Source: Candidatus Saccharimonadota bacterium
GTDB taxonomy: Bacteria; Pseudomonadota; Gammaproteobacteria; Enterobacterales; Enterobacteriaceae
Assembly: GCA_045690015.1 (NCBI GenBank)
Contig: CP145877.1
Span: 300,001 to 332,000, forward strand
Direction of reading: 5' to 3'
DNA length: 32,000 nucleotides
A model generated the notes under the pieces. That model was not told the origin of the DNA, ran no database searches, and saw only the letters and a program-made list of their open reading frames with translations. The translations under genes and the position numbers were made by a program. Each line of letters begins with the position of its first letter. Positions within the stretch are counted from its first letter, which is position 1. Shown here one piece after another: positions 17,886-30,476 of the stretch.

Positions 17886-18884
17886 TTATTGACAAAAAAG
17901 AGCTTCTGTATTTAATCCGTGTGAATGTAAAATTTCACGTAATCTGCGTAATGCTTCAACTTGAATTTGACGTACTCGTTCTCTGGTTAATCCAATTTCA
18001 CGACCAACATCTTCAAGTGTTGCCGCTTCATAACCTAATAGTCCAAATCTACGTGCTAATACTTCACGTTGTTTAGCTGTAAGTTCATATAACCATTTGA
18101 CAAGACTTTCTTTCATATTTTCATATTGAGTGGTATCTTCAGGTCCTAAATATTTTTCATCAGCTAAAATATCTAGTAAAGCTTTATCTGACTCACTATA
18201 AAATGGGGTATCTACTGAAGATATACGCTCATTAAGTCGAAGCATACGGTTTACATTAGCAAGAGGTTTATCAAGTTGTTTTGCGATATCCTCTGCACTT
18301 GGTTCATGATCTCGTGTATGTAATAACTCACGAGAAGTACGCAAATAAACATTTAACTCTTTTACAATATGAATAGGTAGTCTAATAGTACGGGTTTGAT
18401 TCATAATTGCCCGTTCTATAGTTTGACGAATCCACCAGGTAGCATAAGTCGAAAAACGGAATCCTCTTTCGGGGTCAAATTTTTCTACTGCTCTTATCAG
18501 GCCTACATTTCCTTCTTCTATTAAGTCAAGTAATGCTAAACCGCGATTACTATAACGACGAGCAATTTTTACTACTAGACGCAAGTTGCTTTCTATCATA
18601 CGCTGACGGGATGTAATATCACCTAAAGAGGCACGTTTTGAAAAAAATATCTCTTCTTCTGGAGTTAATAATGGGGAATATCCAATTTCTCCTAAATAAA
18701 GCTGGGTAGCATCTAATACACGTTGTGTAGTATCAGATGTTAATAATTCTTGATCTCCAAACTCATTATCATTGTTATCAGTAAATTTATGATCATCAAA
18801 AAAATCAGTTATGATTTCTTCTAATTCTTCATGGTTTTCTTCATCTAACTGTAACTCATGTAGTTCCAGCATGGTTTGACTCAT
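17886..18884 (-). CDS. rpoS: RNA polymerase sigma factor RpoS (sigma-38)
   Basis: 332 aa (E. coli RpoS is ~330). It starts MSQ. Regions 1.2-4 are nearly identical to E. coli RpoS as recalled ([156 protein letters not shown]). It is convergent with mutS as in E. coli. SD AAGGAG lies ~10 nt upstream. Confidence 0.95.
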   Translation of the reverse strand: MSQTMLELHELQLDEENHEELEEIITDFFDDHKFTDNNDNEFGDQELLTSDTTQRVLDATQLYLGEIGYSPLLTPEEEIFFSKRASLGDITSRQRMIESNLRLVVKIARRYSNRGLALLDLIEEGNVGLIRAVEKFDPERGFRFSTYATWWIRQTIERAIMNQTRTIRLPIHIVKELNVYLRTSRELLHTRDHEPSAEDIAKQLDKPLANVNRMLRLNERISSVDTPFYSESDKALLDILADEKYLGPEDTTQYENMKESLVKWLYELTAKQREVLARRFGLLGYEAATLEDVGREIGLTRERVRQIQVEALRRLREILHSHGLNTEALFCQ

Positions 18885-18959
18885 AATAAATAGCTCCTTA
18901 TCTATAAAAGGCTAGCTTACTCAACTTAATTAGAATGAATTTTTGCTAATTTTTTATCT

Positions 18960-19051
18960 TTATCGTTGCGTTAAACCAAGTAAATTGTTTGGATTGATTC
19001 TCCCCTATGAAGGTTGGATTGGTTTTCTAGAAAAGAGTTACTTTTTTTTTT
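18960..19051 (-). pseudogene. nlpD: Eroded 3' remnant of nlpD (LytM-domain lipoprotein), disrupted by a stop and a frameshift; the upstream boundary is not definable
   Basis: The minus strand 19018->18960 reads TCC AAC CTT CAT AG/GGG AGA ATC AAT CCA AAC AAT TTA CTT GGT TTA ACG CAA CGA TAA. The 3' end of E. coli nlpD, as I recall it, is ...CGT TTG CAT TTT GAA ATT CGT TAC AAG GGG AAA TCC GTA AAC CCG CTG CGT TAT TTG CCG CAG CGA TAA (..[22 protein letters not shown]). The last 8 codons match at about 17 of 24 nt, including CGA TAA. The remnant stop lies 75 nt upstream of the rpoS ATG; in E. coli the spacing is ~60 nt. Position is syntenic. The E. coli sequence is recalled from memory and not aligned computationally. 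Confidence 0.55.
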
Positions 19052-19350
19052 AAGTATTTGACTTAGCTTTGTTTTTTTCAGTAGATCTTTTTATTATTAC
19101 TGCAGATATTTAACTAATGAGATTATGGGATTATGTAATTTTTATATGAGGAAGAAATATAATCATTACTTTTTAGTGTAATTATTAACACTTTGTAAAG
19201 ATTACTATTAATTATCTCGTATAAATATACGGCATGTACTGATGATGTTAAAAATTAAGATTTACCTCTTAGGTTATGTAAAAGAACAGCAATACTCTTT
19301 ATTAATTATAGTATTTGGATATTTAATTTGTTGCATTAGGCAAAAAATTT

Positions 19351-19836
19351 TTAATTCATATCTGTAAGTAATAAGACGATTGCATCACAGGCAATTCCTT
19401 CTTTACGTCCAATAAATCCTAATTTTTCTGTAGTTGTTGCTTTAATATTTATTTGCTTTAAGTCACATTGAAGATCTTCGGAGAGATTAATACGCATGGG
19501 TGTGACATATGGCTGGATCAAAGGTAATTGAGTGATAATGGTAATATCAATATTGCCTATTACATAAGACATATCTCTGATATGCTGCCAACATGTACGT
19601 AGTAGAATTCTACTGTTTGCAGATTTATAAGCTTCATTGTCATCGGGAAATAATCTTCCAATATCTCCAAGGGCAGCAGCACCTAATAATGCATCTATTA
19701 CAGCATGAAGAACAACATCACCATCAGAGTGAGAAATCACTCCTGGGATATTTAGAATTTTTACTCCTCCAAGAATCAGAGATCTTTCGGTTTTTTGAGA
19801 AAAAGCATGAACATCAAAACCATGACCAATTCGCAT
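19351..19836 (-). CDS. ispF: 2-C-methyl-D-erythritol 2,4-cyclodiphosphate synthase
   Basis: 161 aa with the IspF signature [12 protein letters not shown]...[26 protein letters not shown]. The start ATG overlaps the ispD stop by 1 nt (TAATG). The ispD-ispF order is conserved. Confidence 0.96.
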   Translation of the reverse strand: MRIGHGFDVHAFSQKTERSLILGGVKILNIPGVISHSDGDVVLHAVIDALLGAAALGDIGRLFPDDNEAYKSANSRILLRTCWQHIRDMSYVIGNIDITIITQLPLIQPYVTPMRINLSEDLQCDLKQINIKATTTEKLGFIGRKEGIACDAIVLLLTDMN

Positions 19837-20576
19837 TATGTCTTCTCGCTTTTTTGTTTTTGTATATAAAATTTAGCTAAATCTATATCTTCCTGGTATG
19901 TAATTTTTATATTATCACCGCGTCCAATGATCAAGGATGGATGATAACCACAATATTCTAATGCAGAGGAATCATCAGTTAGCTCTCTATTATTTTTGAA
20001 AGCCTGTTGTAAACATTTACGTAATAAAATTAGAGGAAATAATTGTGGTGTTAAAGCATGCCATAAATTATTACGTGTGATAGTGTAAGATATAATTGAT
20101 CTATTTAGTTCACTTCTTTTTATAGTATCACGAACTGGAGTCACTAAGATACCCCCAATGGAATTAACAGTTCTAATAGATAACAAACGATCCAAATCGG
20201 TACGATGCAAACAAGGACGCACTGCATCATGAATAAGGATCCATGTTGATTCTTCTTCTTCTGCTGCAAGGTCCTTATTAATTGCTTGTAATCCTGCCAT
20301 AACTGAACCTGCTCTAGTGTTATCACCAATAATCGTTGTAATATTTTTCATGTTTCTTGGTAGAGGTAATGATTTGAACCACTTATCGTTAGAATTGAGA
20401 ACTATAATAATGCGATTAATAACTGGATGTTCTAATAACATTGCTAAAGCATATTCTAGAATAGTTTTCCCATTAATAGTTAAGTATTGTTTAGGATAAG
20501 ATAATTGCATCCTTTTACCGATTCCGGCTGCCGGAACAATAGCAGTGATATTTTTAATATTTTTCAATTTAATCAT
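19836..20576 (-). CDS. ispD: 2-C-methyl-D-erythritol 4-phosphate cytidylyltransferase
   Basis: 246 aa. [13 protein letters not shown]...PKQYL.I...[25 protein letters not shown] and [11 protein letters not shown] are collinear with E. coli IspD. Confidence 0.95.
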   Translation of the reverse strand: MIKLKNIKNITAIVPAAGIGKRMQLSYPKQYLTINGKTILEYALAMLLEHPVINRIIIVLNSNDKWFKSLPLPRNMKNITTIIGDNTRAGSVMAGLQAINKDLAAEEEESTWILIHDAVRPCLHRTDLDRLLSIRTVNSIGGILVTPVRDTIKRSELNRSIISYTITRNNLWHALTPQLFPLILLRKCLQQAFKNNRELTDDSSALEYCGYHPSLIIGRGDNIKITYQEDIDLAKFYIQKQKSEKT

Positions 20577-20620
20577 CTTATAAATTCATCTCTTTACTAA
20601 ATTGATTAGATCTTTTAGTT

Positions 20621-21916
20621 TCATTTTTGAAATCTCATTACTCTACTAAATGAAATATGATTTACTAATGCTTCTTCAATACGAAGAAGACGATTATATT
20701 TAGCAACTCTCTCCGATCTACTCAGACATCCCGTTTTAATTTGTGAGGCTGCGGTTCCTACAGCTAAATCTGCAATGATGGTATCTTCGGTTTCACCTGA
20801 TCGGTGAGAGATAATAACTTCATAACCTGCTAATTGAGCCATTTTTATAGTATCTAAAGTTTCAGTTAAAGTTCCAATTTGATTAGGTTTAATAATTATA
20901 GCGTTCGCTATACTATTTTGAATACCTTGTTGAAGTCTTTGTTTATTAGTAACAAATAAATCATCTCCAACAATTTGAATTTTACTCCCTAATACTAGAG
21001 TTTGATAAGCAAAACCTTCCCAATCAGATTCATTTAATCCATCTTCAATAGATACAATCGCATATTTTTTAGATAATTGTTCAAGATAATCTGTAAATTC
21101 CTTTGAAGTTAACTTTTGATGTTCACTAGCAAGTATATACTTTCCTGATTGAGAATCGAAAAATTCAGAAGCAGCACAATCTATTGCTAAGACAATATCT
21201 TTACCTACTATATAACCTGATTCTTCTATAGCATTATTAATATAATTCAATGCAGCTGTATGAGATGTTATATCAGGAGCATATCCCCCCTCATAACCCA
21301 CACCAGTACTCATACCCGATTTTACAAGCACATTTCCTAAATGATAAAATACCTCACAACCCATCTGAATTGCTTGTTTCATATTAATTGCTGCAATCGG
21401 TACAATCATAAATTCTTGAATATCAAGATCATTATTGGCGTGTTTTCCTCCATTAATAATATTTATCATAGGAAGTGGCATTAAATATTTTTCTGATGTT
21501 CCATGTAATTCAGCAATATATTTATACAATGGAACTTTTTTTACAGATGCTGCAGCTCTTGCATTAGCTAATGAAACAGCTATAATAGCATTTGCTCCCA
21601 ATTTTGATTTATTTTTAGTACCATCTAAATTAATCATGATATTATCAATATTTTTTTGATCAGTTGCATCTTTGCCTATTATTGATTTTGCAATCTTATT
21701 ATTAATAGCAAAGATAGCTTTTGTTACTCCCTGACCAAAAAAACGAGATAAGTCTCCATCACGGAGTTCCAATGCTTCATGAGAACCTCTAGAGGATCCA
21801 GATGGAACAGAAGCTCTTCCAATGAATCCAGAGGCTAGATGAATTTCTGCTTCAATCGTAGGGTAACCACGAGAATCTATGATTTCACGACTAATGATTT
21901 TGGTTATTTTAGACAT
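20621..21916 (-). CDS. eno: Enolase
   Basis: 431 aa. [35 protein letters not shown]-like motifs, [12 protein letters not shown] and [17 protein letters not shown]. Confidence 0.97.
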   Translation of the reverse strand: MSKITKIISREIIDSRGYPTIEAEIHLASGFIGRASVPSGSSRGSHEALELRDGDLSRFFGQGVTKAIFAINNKIAKSIIGKDATDQKNIDNIMINLDGTKNKSKLGANAIIAVSLANARAAASVKKVPLYKYIAELHGTSEKYLMPLPMINIINGGKHANNDLDIQEFMIVPIAAINMKQAIQMGCEVFYHLGNVLVKSGMSTGVGYEGGYAPDITSHTAALNYINNAIEESGYIVGKDIVLAIDCAASEFFDSQSGKYILASEHQKLTSKEFTDYLEQLSKKYAIVSIEDGLNESDWEGFAYQTLVLGSKIQIVGDDLFVTNKQRLQQGIQNSIANAIIIKPNQIGTLTETLDTIKMAQLAGYEVIISHRSGETEDTIIADLAVGTAASQIKTGCLSRSERVAKYNRLLRIEEALVNHISFSRVMRFQK

Positions 21917-21942
21917 TAAGATTCTCTCTATATTAAAATTTG

Positions 21943-23583
<1,641 letters not shown>

Positions 23584-23706
23584 CTAATAATTAAGATGGA
23601 ACAATAGTATACTAATATATCTAGTATGAAACAAGAGTAGTACAAACAATAAAAGATAGGAATAACCACTACACTTAATAATTAATAATCTACTACTAAA
23701 CTAAAA

Positions 23707-24648
<942 letters not shown>

Positions 24649-24669
24649 AATCCAACAGGTACGTAAAAT

Positions 24670-25512
24670 TTAATCCTTCTTTTGTCCTCTAGTAACTCTT
24701 TCATTATTGCCATAATCCAAATAAGTCAAAATATTTTTGAAGTGATTATTTATCATGAGGTTTCGTACATCTTTACCCTGTAACCAACCATGTTCTACTA
24801 ATAACCATCCAAATTTTTTCAAATATTTAGATGCATTAGAAATAATTTTTTTTAAATCAAAGAAACCATGTTGTTTTGAAATTAAAGCACTGAGTGGTTC
24901 AAAACGTAAATCTCCCTGTTGTAAATGTTCATCAGAAGGATCAATATATGGTGGATTACTAACAATAATATTAAATTTTTGATCATAAAGTTCCGAAAAC
25001 CAATCACTATAAATAAAAAGTACGTTATCAATGCTTAAATTTTTAGCATTATGCTGTGCTAATGATAAAGCATCTTGATTATTATCAACTCCTAATACAA
25101 AAATATCAGGACGTTCAACAGCTATAGCTAATGAAATAGCTCCTGTACCTGTTCCTAAATCTAAAACTGATACACCTACATTATTCTCTATATGCAATAG
25201 AGCTTGTGACACTAATATCTCAGTATCAGCACGAGGAATCAAAGCAATTGGAGATACACTAAGAGGTAAAGACCAAAATTCTTGTTTTCCGGTAATATAT
25301 GCAATAGGTTCGCCATTGCTTCTTCTATTTATAACTGATTGTAATTTGCTTAGCTCAATTTTATTTAATATATATACATCATCAAAAGTTCTTAACCAAG
25401 TTATAGATCTTCCGGTAATCAATTCTAACAAAATTTCAGCATCACGTTTTGGAGTATTACTCTGATGAATAAGCATTGATTGAGCAAAATTTAACCACTT
25501 TTTAATATTCAT
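24670..25512 (-). CDS. prmC: Release-factor glutamine N5-methyltransferase PrmC (HemK)
   Basis: 280 aa. The SAM-binding motif VLDLGTGTGAI and the catalytic NPPY (IVSNPPYID) are present. It lies immediately downstream of prfA, as in the E. coli prfA-prmC operon. Confidence 0.93.
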   Translation of the reverse strand: MNIKKWLNFAQSMLIHQSNTPKRDAEILLELITGRSITWLRTFDDVYILNKIELSKLQSVINRRSNGEPIAYITGKQEFWSLPLSVSPIALIPRADTEILVSQALLHIENNVGVSVLDLGTGTGAISLAIAVERPDIFVLGVDNNQDALSLAQHNAKNLSIDNVLFIYSDWFSELYDQKFNIIVSNPPYIDPSDEHLQQGDLRFEPLSALISKQHGFFDLKKIISNASKYLKKFGWLLVEHGWLQGKDVRNLMINNHFKNILTYLDYGNNERVTRGQKKD

Positions 25513-25522
25513 TTTATTTATG

Positions 25523-26587
25523 TTAGATTTTTATTAGTTCATTAGCTTGATGTTCCTGTAATAATGGATCAAGAATAATATCTAAATTTCCTGCCATTAT
25601 GTTTTCTATAGAATAAATGGTAAGATTGATCCTATGATCAGTAACACGACCCTGTGGGAAATTATAAGTACGACTTCTATCATGACGATCACCAGTACCT
25701 AGTAAATTTCTACGAGTTTTGGTTTCTTCTTGATGAATTTTTTTCATTTCTGCAGCATAAATGCGTGCTTTTAGTACACCTAAGGCTTTTGACTTATTTT
25801 TATGTTGTGAGCGTTCATCCTGGCATTCTACTACAATTCCAGTTGGTAAATGAGTCATACGTATGGCTGAATCAGTAGTATTTACATGCTGTCCACCCGC
25901 TCCCGAAGATCTAAAAGTATCTATTTTTAGATCTTCCATTTTTATTGGTACTAATTCTGTAGGTGGTACTTCAGGCATAACAGCTACCGTACATGTAGAA
26001 GTATGTATACGTCCTTGCGATTCGGTTTTAGGTACTCGTTGTACCCGATGACCTCCAGATTCAAATTTTAAACGTCCATATGCTTGTTTTCCCGTAATCT
26101 TAGTTATAATTGTTTTATAACCTCCATATTCTGCTTCATTATAACTTATAATTTGTATCTGCCATCCACGTGCTATAGCATAGTTACTATACATCTTAAA
26201 TAAGTCATTAACAAAAATTGCTGCTTCATTACCACCAGTTCCCGCATGTATCTCAATATAACAATTATTTTCATCCTTAGGATCTTGGGACAACAATAAT
26301 AATTTCAGTTGGTTCTCAATAACCGAGTTATGAGCATATATTTGATTTAATTCATTAGATGCTAAATCTCTCATTTCAGAATCTTCGAGCAATAAAGTTA
26401 TATCTTTTATATTTTTCTGGATATTCTGCCATTGAATAAAATATTTTATAATTTCAGAAAGTTGACTGTACTCACGAGATAAATTCTGAAGATCAGAATA
26501 ATTATTTGTGGATTTACTAAGTAGTAATTCGATTTCTTCATAACGTTTTTGTAAAGATTCTAATTTAGCAATTAAAGAACTTTTCAT
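25523..26587 (-). CDS. prfA: Peptide chain release factor 1
   Basis: [34 protein letters not shown], the GGQ motif ([42 protein letters not shown]) and [15 protein letters not shown]. The track ORF opens at 26626, but alignment with E. coli RF1 (MKPSIVAKLEAL) supports the internal ATG at 26587 ([12 protein letters not shown]). Confidence 0.95.
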   Translation of the reverse strand: MKSSLIAKLESLQKRYEEIELLLSKSTNNYSDLQNLSREYSQLSEIIKYFIQWQNIQKNIKDITLLLEDSEMRDLASNELNQIYAHNSVIENQLKLLLLSQDPKDENNCYIEIHAGTGGNEAAIFVNDLFKMYSNYAIARGWQIQIISYNEAEYGGYKTIITKITGKQAYGRLKFESGGHRVQRVPKTESQGRIHTSTCTVAVMPEVPPTELVPIKMEDLKIDTFRSSGAGGQHVNTTDSAIRMTHLPTGIVVECQDERSQHKNKSKALGVLKARIYAAEMKKIHQEETKTRRNLLGTGDRHDRSRTYNFPQGRVTDHRINLTIYSIENIMAGNLDIILDPLLQEHQANELIKI

Positions 26588-26765
26588 TTCATTAAATCTA
26601 CCTTTTTCTAAAATCATTAAAATCAATTATTTTTACCGTAGTAATAAATCAAAAATTTTATTCAATATTTTATATTATAATGTGGAAGATAAATAATTCT
26701 ATCTATAGAGGAGAAAGGAATTTTTATATAAATATTAAGCTAAAAATTAAGAGGAGATTAATAAA

Positions 26766-27632
26766 ATGATTACTTGGCCATCGCCGGCAAAGTTGAATCT
26801 TTTTCTTTATATTAATGGTAGATATCCTAACGGATATCATCGTTTACAAACGTTAATTTGTTTTTTATCGTATTGCGATACTATAACTATTATTCCAAAT
26901 AATCTAGGTAAGATTACATTATCTTCTTCTATTAATGATATACCCATAGAAAATAACCTTATTATTCGTGCGGCTAAATTATTATACCAATATGCTATCC
27001 AAAAAGGATTATTATCTTGCAATACAGGTGCCAACATTACACTAATAAAAAGATTACCAATAGGTGGGGGATTAGGAGGGGGATCATCTAATGCTGCAAC
27101 TACCTTAATTGCACTAAATTATCTATGGAAGACTCATTTAAGTTGGAATGATTTAATCAGATTAGGTTTACAACTAGGATATGATGTTCCTGTATTTATT
27201 AAAGGTTATGCAGCTTTTTCTGACGGAGCAGCACATAACTTACAACCCGTAAAATTACCAGAAAGATGGTATCTTATTTTAGATCCGCACATAACCATTT
27301 CTACTGCATTGATTTTTCAAGATGCAGAATTAAAAAGAAATACTCCGATACGCACATTAGAAGAATTATATACTATCCCTTTCTCTAATGATTGTGAATT
27401 ACTAGTTAGAAAACGTTATCGAAAAGTTGAAGAAGTATTTAACTGGTTATCAAAATATGGATCGATATCATCACGTTTGACAGGAACAGGTAGTTGTATT
27501 TTTTGTGAATTTGATAAAAAATCAATGGCTGATCATCTTCTTAATATTGCATCAAAATGCAACATGCATGGATTTGTTGCACAAAGTTTAAATCTTTCAC
27601 CTTTACATAGCTTCTATTCAAAAATAACGTAA
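26766..27632 (+). CDS. ispE: 4-diphosphocytidyl-2-C-methyl-D-erythritol kinase
   Basis: 288 aa. WPSPAKLNLFLYI.G....GYH.LQTL, the GHMP kinase motif LPIGGGLGGGSSNAAT.L.ALN.LW, SRLTGTGSC.F.EF and NLSPLH. SD GAGGAG lies ~10 nt upstream. The ispE-prs order is conserved. Confidence 0.95.
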   Translation: MITWPSPAKLNLFLYINGRYPNGYHRLQTLICFLSYCDTITIIPNNLGKITLSSSINDIPIENNLIIRAAKLLYQYAIQKGLLSCNTGANITLIKRLPIGGGLGGGSSNAATTLIALNYLWKTHLSWNDLIRLGLQLGYDVPVFIKGYAAFSDGAAHNLQPVKLPERWYLILDPHITISTALIFQDAELKRNTPIRTLEELYTIPFSNDCELLVRKRYRKVEEVFNWLSKYGSISSRLTGTGSCIFCEFDKKSMADHLLNIASKCNMHGFVAQSLNLSPLHSFYSKIT

Positions 27633-27701
27633 TTAATGAAAATTAACTAGATAAAATTTATAATAACCATAATATAAATAATGATTATTGGATTGAATCA
27701 T

Positions 27702-28640
27702 ATGAAAATTTTTGCTGGAAATTCAATACCAGAATTAGCAGAACAGATTGCAAGTCGTTTATATATAAAGTTAGGAGATGCTTGTGTAGGACGATTTAGT
27801 GATGGTGAAATTAGTGTACAAATTAATGAAAATGTACGAGGTGATGATATATTTCTTATTCAATCTACTTGTGCTCCCACTAATGATAATTTAATGGAGT
27901 TAATAGTCCTAGTAGATGCATTGCGACGGGCTTCTGCAGGTAGAATTACTGCTGTAATTCCTTATTTTGGTTATGCCCGACAAGATCGACGTGTACGTTC
28001 TGCAAGAGTACCTATTACCGCAAAAGTAGTAGCTGATTGTTTGTCTAGCGTTGGGGTAGATAGAATCTTAACTGTAGATTTACATGCAGATCAAATCCAA
28101 GGATTTTTTGATGTTCCCGTGGATAATGTTTTTGCTAGCCTTATTCTTATTGAAGATATGTTAAAAATTAGATTGGAAAATCCAATTGTAGTTTCCCCAG
28201 ATATTGGAGGAGTTGTACGTGCTAGGGCAATTGCAAAATTATTAAATGATACAGATATGGCCATAATTGATAAGCGCCGTCCTCGTGCTAATTTATCACA
28301 GGTTCTACATATAATAGGTGATGTTACAGACCGTGATTGTGTAATTATAGATGATATTATCGATACAGCAGGTACGCTATGCCAAGCAGTAGTAGCTCTT
28401 AAAGAACACGGAGCAAAACGAGTATTTGCTTATGCTACTCATCCAATTTTTTCCGGAAATGCGGTTGAAAATTTAATAAATTCTAATCTTAATGAAGTAG
28501 TAGTATGCGATACTATCCCTTTAACTACACAGATAAAAAAAATATCTAAGGTACGTACATTAAGTTTAGCTGGGATGTTATCAGAAGCTATACGTAGGAT
28601 TAGTAATGAACAATCGATTTCTGCAATGTTTGAGTATTAA
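27702..28640 (+). CDS. prs: Ribose-phosphate pyrophosphokinase
   Basis: Near-identical to E. coli Prs ([98 protein letters not shown]). The track ORF opens at 27681, but homology supports the ATG at 27702. Confidence 0.96.
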   Translation: MKIFAGNSIPELAEQIASRLYIKLGDACVGRFSDGEISVQINENVRGDDIFLIQSTCAPTNDNLMELIVLVDALRRASAGRITAVIPYFGYARQDRRVRSARVPITAKVVADCLSSVGVDRILTVDLHADQIQGFFDVPVDNVFASLILIEDMLKIRLENPIVVSPDIGGVVRARAIAKLLNDTDMAIIDKRRPRANLSQVLHIIGDVTDRDCVIIDDIIDTAGTLCQAVVALKEHGAKRVFAYATHPIFSGNAVENLINSNLNEVVVCDTIPLTTQIKKISKVRTLSLAGMLSEAIRRISNEQSISAMFEY

Positions 28641-28649
28641 TTTTTAAAT

Positions 28650-29237
28650 ATGAAACTAATAAAAGTAATAGTTGGATTAGCTAATCCAGGATCTAAATAT
28701 GCTGCAACTCGTCATAATGCTGGATCGTGGTACGTTAGAAAGTTAGCTGAAAATTACAAGAGCAATATGAAGAAGGAAACTAAGGTTTTTGGATATACTA
28801 CACGCTTATTTATCTATAATCAGGTGATACAACTTCTAATTCCTGATAGATTTATGAATCTTTGTGGAAAGTCTGTAGTAGCAATGGCTAATTTATATCA
28901 AATTCTACCACAAGAAATACTTATTGCACATGATGAACTAAATTTAATACCAGGACAAGCTAAATTTAAATTAGGAGGAGGACATAATGGTCACAATGGA
29001 CTGAAAAATATTATTCACTCATTTGGTGGAAAACATGCTAATTTTAATCGATTGCGTATCGGTATTGGTCGTCCTATAAATTCCCAAGAAGTTGCAAAAT
29101 TCGTTTTGGATGAACCCTCGAAAAAGGAGAAAAAACTTATTAACTATGCTATAGACGAAGCGGTATATTGTACCGAGATCTGGTTGAAAGATGGAGTAAT
29201 GAAAGCTATGAGTAGATTGCATTCATCTAAAATGTAG
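28650..29237 (+). CDS. pth: Peptidyl-tRNA hydrolase
   Basis: 195 aa. VGLANPG..YA.TRHNAG.W, FMNL.GK.V.AMA, the catalytic-region motif [24 protein letters not shown], and [10 protein letters not shown]. Confidence 0.96.
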   Translation: MKLIKVIVGLANPGSKYAATRHNAGSWYVRKLAENYKSNMKKETKVFGYTTRLFIYNQVIQLLIPDRFMNLCGKSVVAMANLYQILPQEILIAHDELNLIPGQAKFKLGGGHNGHNGLKNIIHSFGGKHANFNRLRIGIGRPINSQEVAKFVLDEPSKKEKKLINYAIDEAVYCTEIWLKDGVMKAMSRLHSSKM

Positions 29238-29278
29238 AGATAACCTAACTACCTTAAGTTAAGGAAAGGCTATAAATC

Positions 29279-30352
29279 ATGGGATTTAAATGTGGTATAA
29301 TTGGATTACCAAATGTAGGTAAGTCTACCGTTTTTAATGCTCTTACTAAATCTTGTGTTGAAGTTGCGAATTTTCCATTTTGTACGATTGAACCACATAT
29401 AGCTGTAGTAGCAGTACCGGATAAACGGTTAGAAGTACTTTCGGAACTTGTTAAAGCACAACGTATTATTCCTACAACAATTACTTTTATTGATATTGCT
29501 GGTCTTATTAAAGGAGCGTCCAAAGGAGAAGGCTTAGGAAATAAATTTCTGGGTAAAATTCGTGAGACAGAAGCTTTAGTTCATGTGATTCGTTGCTTTG
29601 AAGATGAAACTATAGTTCATTGTTCTGGAAAAATTAATCCTATAGAAGATATTAATCTTATCAATACAGAACTTGCTCTTGCAGATCTGGAAGTTTGTGA
29701 ACGAGCTTTATTAGGTCTTTATAAAAAATCATCAAATAGAGTAGAAGTAGATAAAAAATTCAAAACTTTAGAATATTGTAAAATTCATTTAGAAAAAGAA
29801 GGAACATTGCGAAAATTAAATCTTTCTAAGGAAGATAAATTTAGTATCCGTGATCTAAATTTTTTAACGTTGAAACCAATCTTATACATTGCTAATATTA
29901 ATGAAAATTATCTTAATAATATTTATGTAGAAGAGGTTAAAGCTGTTGCTCAAAAAGAAGGAGCTAGTGTAATAACTCTTTGTGCTCCTATTGAATCAGA
30001 TCTTGCTCACTTAAATAATGATTTTATAATGGAATTAGGATTAAAAGAGTCCGCACTTAATAATGTCATTCGTGAGAGTTACAAATTACTTAAATTAAAA
30101 ACTTATTTTACAGTTGGTACAAAAGAAGTTAGGGGGTGGACAATTCCCGAAGGAACAACCGCTTATCAAGCGGCTAAAAACATTCACTCCGATATTAAAA
30201 AAGGTTTTATTCGAGCTCAAATAATCAGCTATGAAGATTTTGTAAAAAATAAAGGAGAACAAGCTGCGAAAGAAGCTGGTAAAGTACATATAGAAGGAAA
30301 AGAATATTTAGTAAAAGATGGGGATATCATTAATTTTTTATTTAAGATTTAA
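29279..30352 (+). CDS. ychF: Ribosome-binding ATPase YchF
   Basis: 357 aa. [22 protein letters not shown]....[67 protein letters not shown] and VKDGD..NFLF. The pth-ychF adjacency is as in E. coli. Confidence 0.96.
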   Translation: MGFKCGIIGLPNVGKSTVFNALTKSCVEVANFPFCTIEPHIAVVAVPDKRLEVLSELVKAQRIIPTTITFIDIAGLIKGASKGEGLGNKFLGKIRETEALVHVIRCFEDETIVHCSGKINPIEDINLINTELALADLEVCERALLGLYKKSSNRVEVDKKFKTLEYCKIHLEKEGTLRKLNLSKEDKFSIRDLNFLTLKPILYIANINENYLNNIYVEEVKAVAQKEGASVITLCAPIESDLAHLNNDFIMELGLKESALNNVIRESYKLLKLKTYFTVGTKEVRGWTIPEGTTAYQAAKNIHSDIKKGFIRAQIISYEDFVKNKGEQAAKEAGKVHIEGKEYLVKDGDIINFLFKI

Positions 30353-30476
30353 TCATGTTTATAAAAAAGTGAATTGACACCTATCTCTTATCTGATTTCA
30401 CTTTATATCATTCAATACCAACTTCACTTCTAATAAAAAGTATTGGATTAGGATATATTTTACCGATATAAATAAC

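Noticed and set aside
19593-19880. A 95-aa + strand ORF across the ispF/ispD junction, a same-strand out-of-frame ORF within ispD (20144-20329), and an antisense ORF within ispD (20317-20499).
   Set aside because: They overlap conserved IspF/IspD coding sequence in other frames. The sequences are compositionally odd (H/Q/L/E runs) and have no motifs, so I treat them as spurious.
26024-26032. The RF1 'tripeptide anticodon' reads P-K-T (CCT AAA ACC) instead of the P-A-T of E. coli. This could hint at altered stop-codon recognition.
   Set aside because: The motif is generally described as PxT with a variable middle residue, and both flanking residues and the GGQ motif are intact. TAA, TAG (csrA) and TGA (recC, rimM, rpsP) are all used as stops in this window, and all conserved genes translate cleanly with the standard code. 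There is no evidence for recoding.
26588-26626. N-terminal extensions in the track ORFs for prfA (13 codons), prs (27681-27701, 7 codons) and mutS (15267-15275, 3 codons).
   Set aside because: Alignment with the E. coli N-termini (MKPSIVAKLEAL, MKLFAGN, ...HTPMMQQY) and the SD spacing favour the internal ATGs. The extensions are most likely just open frame upstream of the true start.
29254-29523. An 89-aa minus-strand ORF overlapping the ychF 5' end. A further 67-aa (29019-29222) and 64-aa (30095-30289) minus-strand ORF lie in the same region.
   Set aside because: All three are antisense to the conserved pth and ychF coding sequence. They show no homology signal and no ribosome-binding site, so I treat them as spurious.
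30366-30404. An inverted repeat, AAAGTGAA ... TTCACTTT, between the convergent ychF and yeaQ genes, as a possible bidirectional terminator.
   Set aside because: The stem is AT-rich and only 8 bp, with a ~23-nt loop and a weak T tract. It is far below the quality of the mutS/rpoS terminator and indistinguishable from chance in this base composition.
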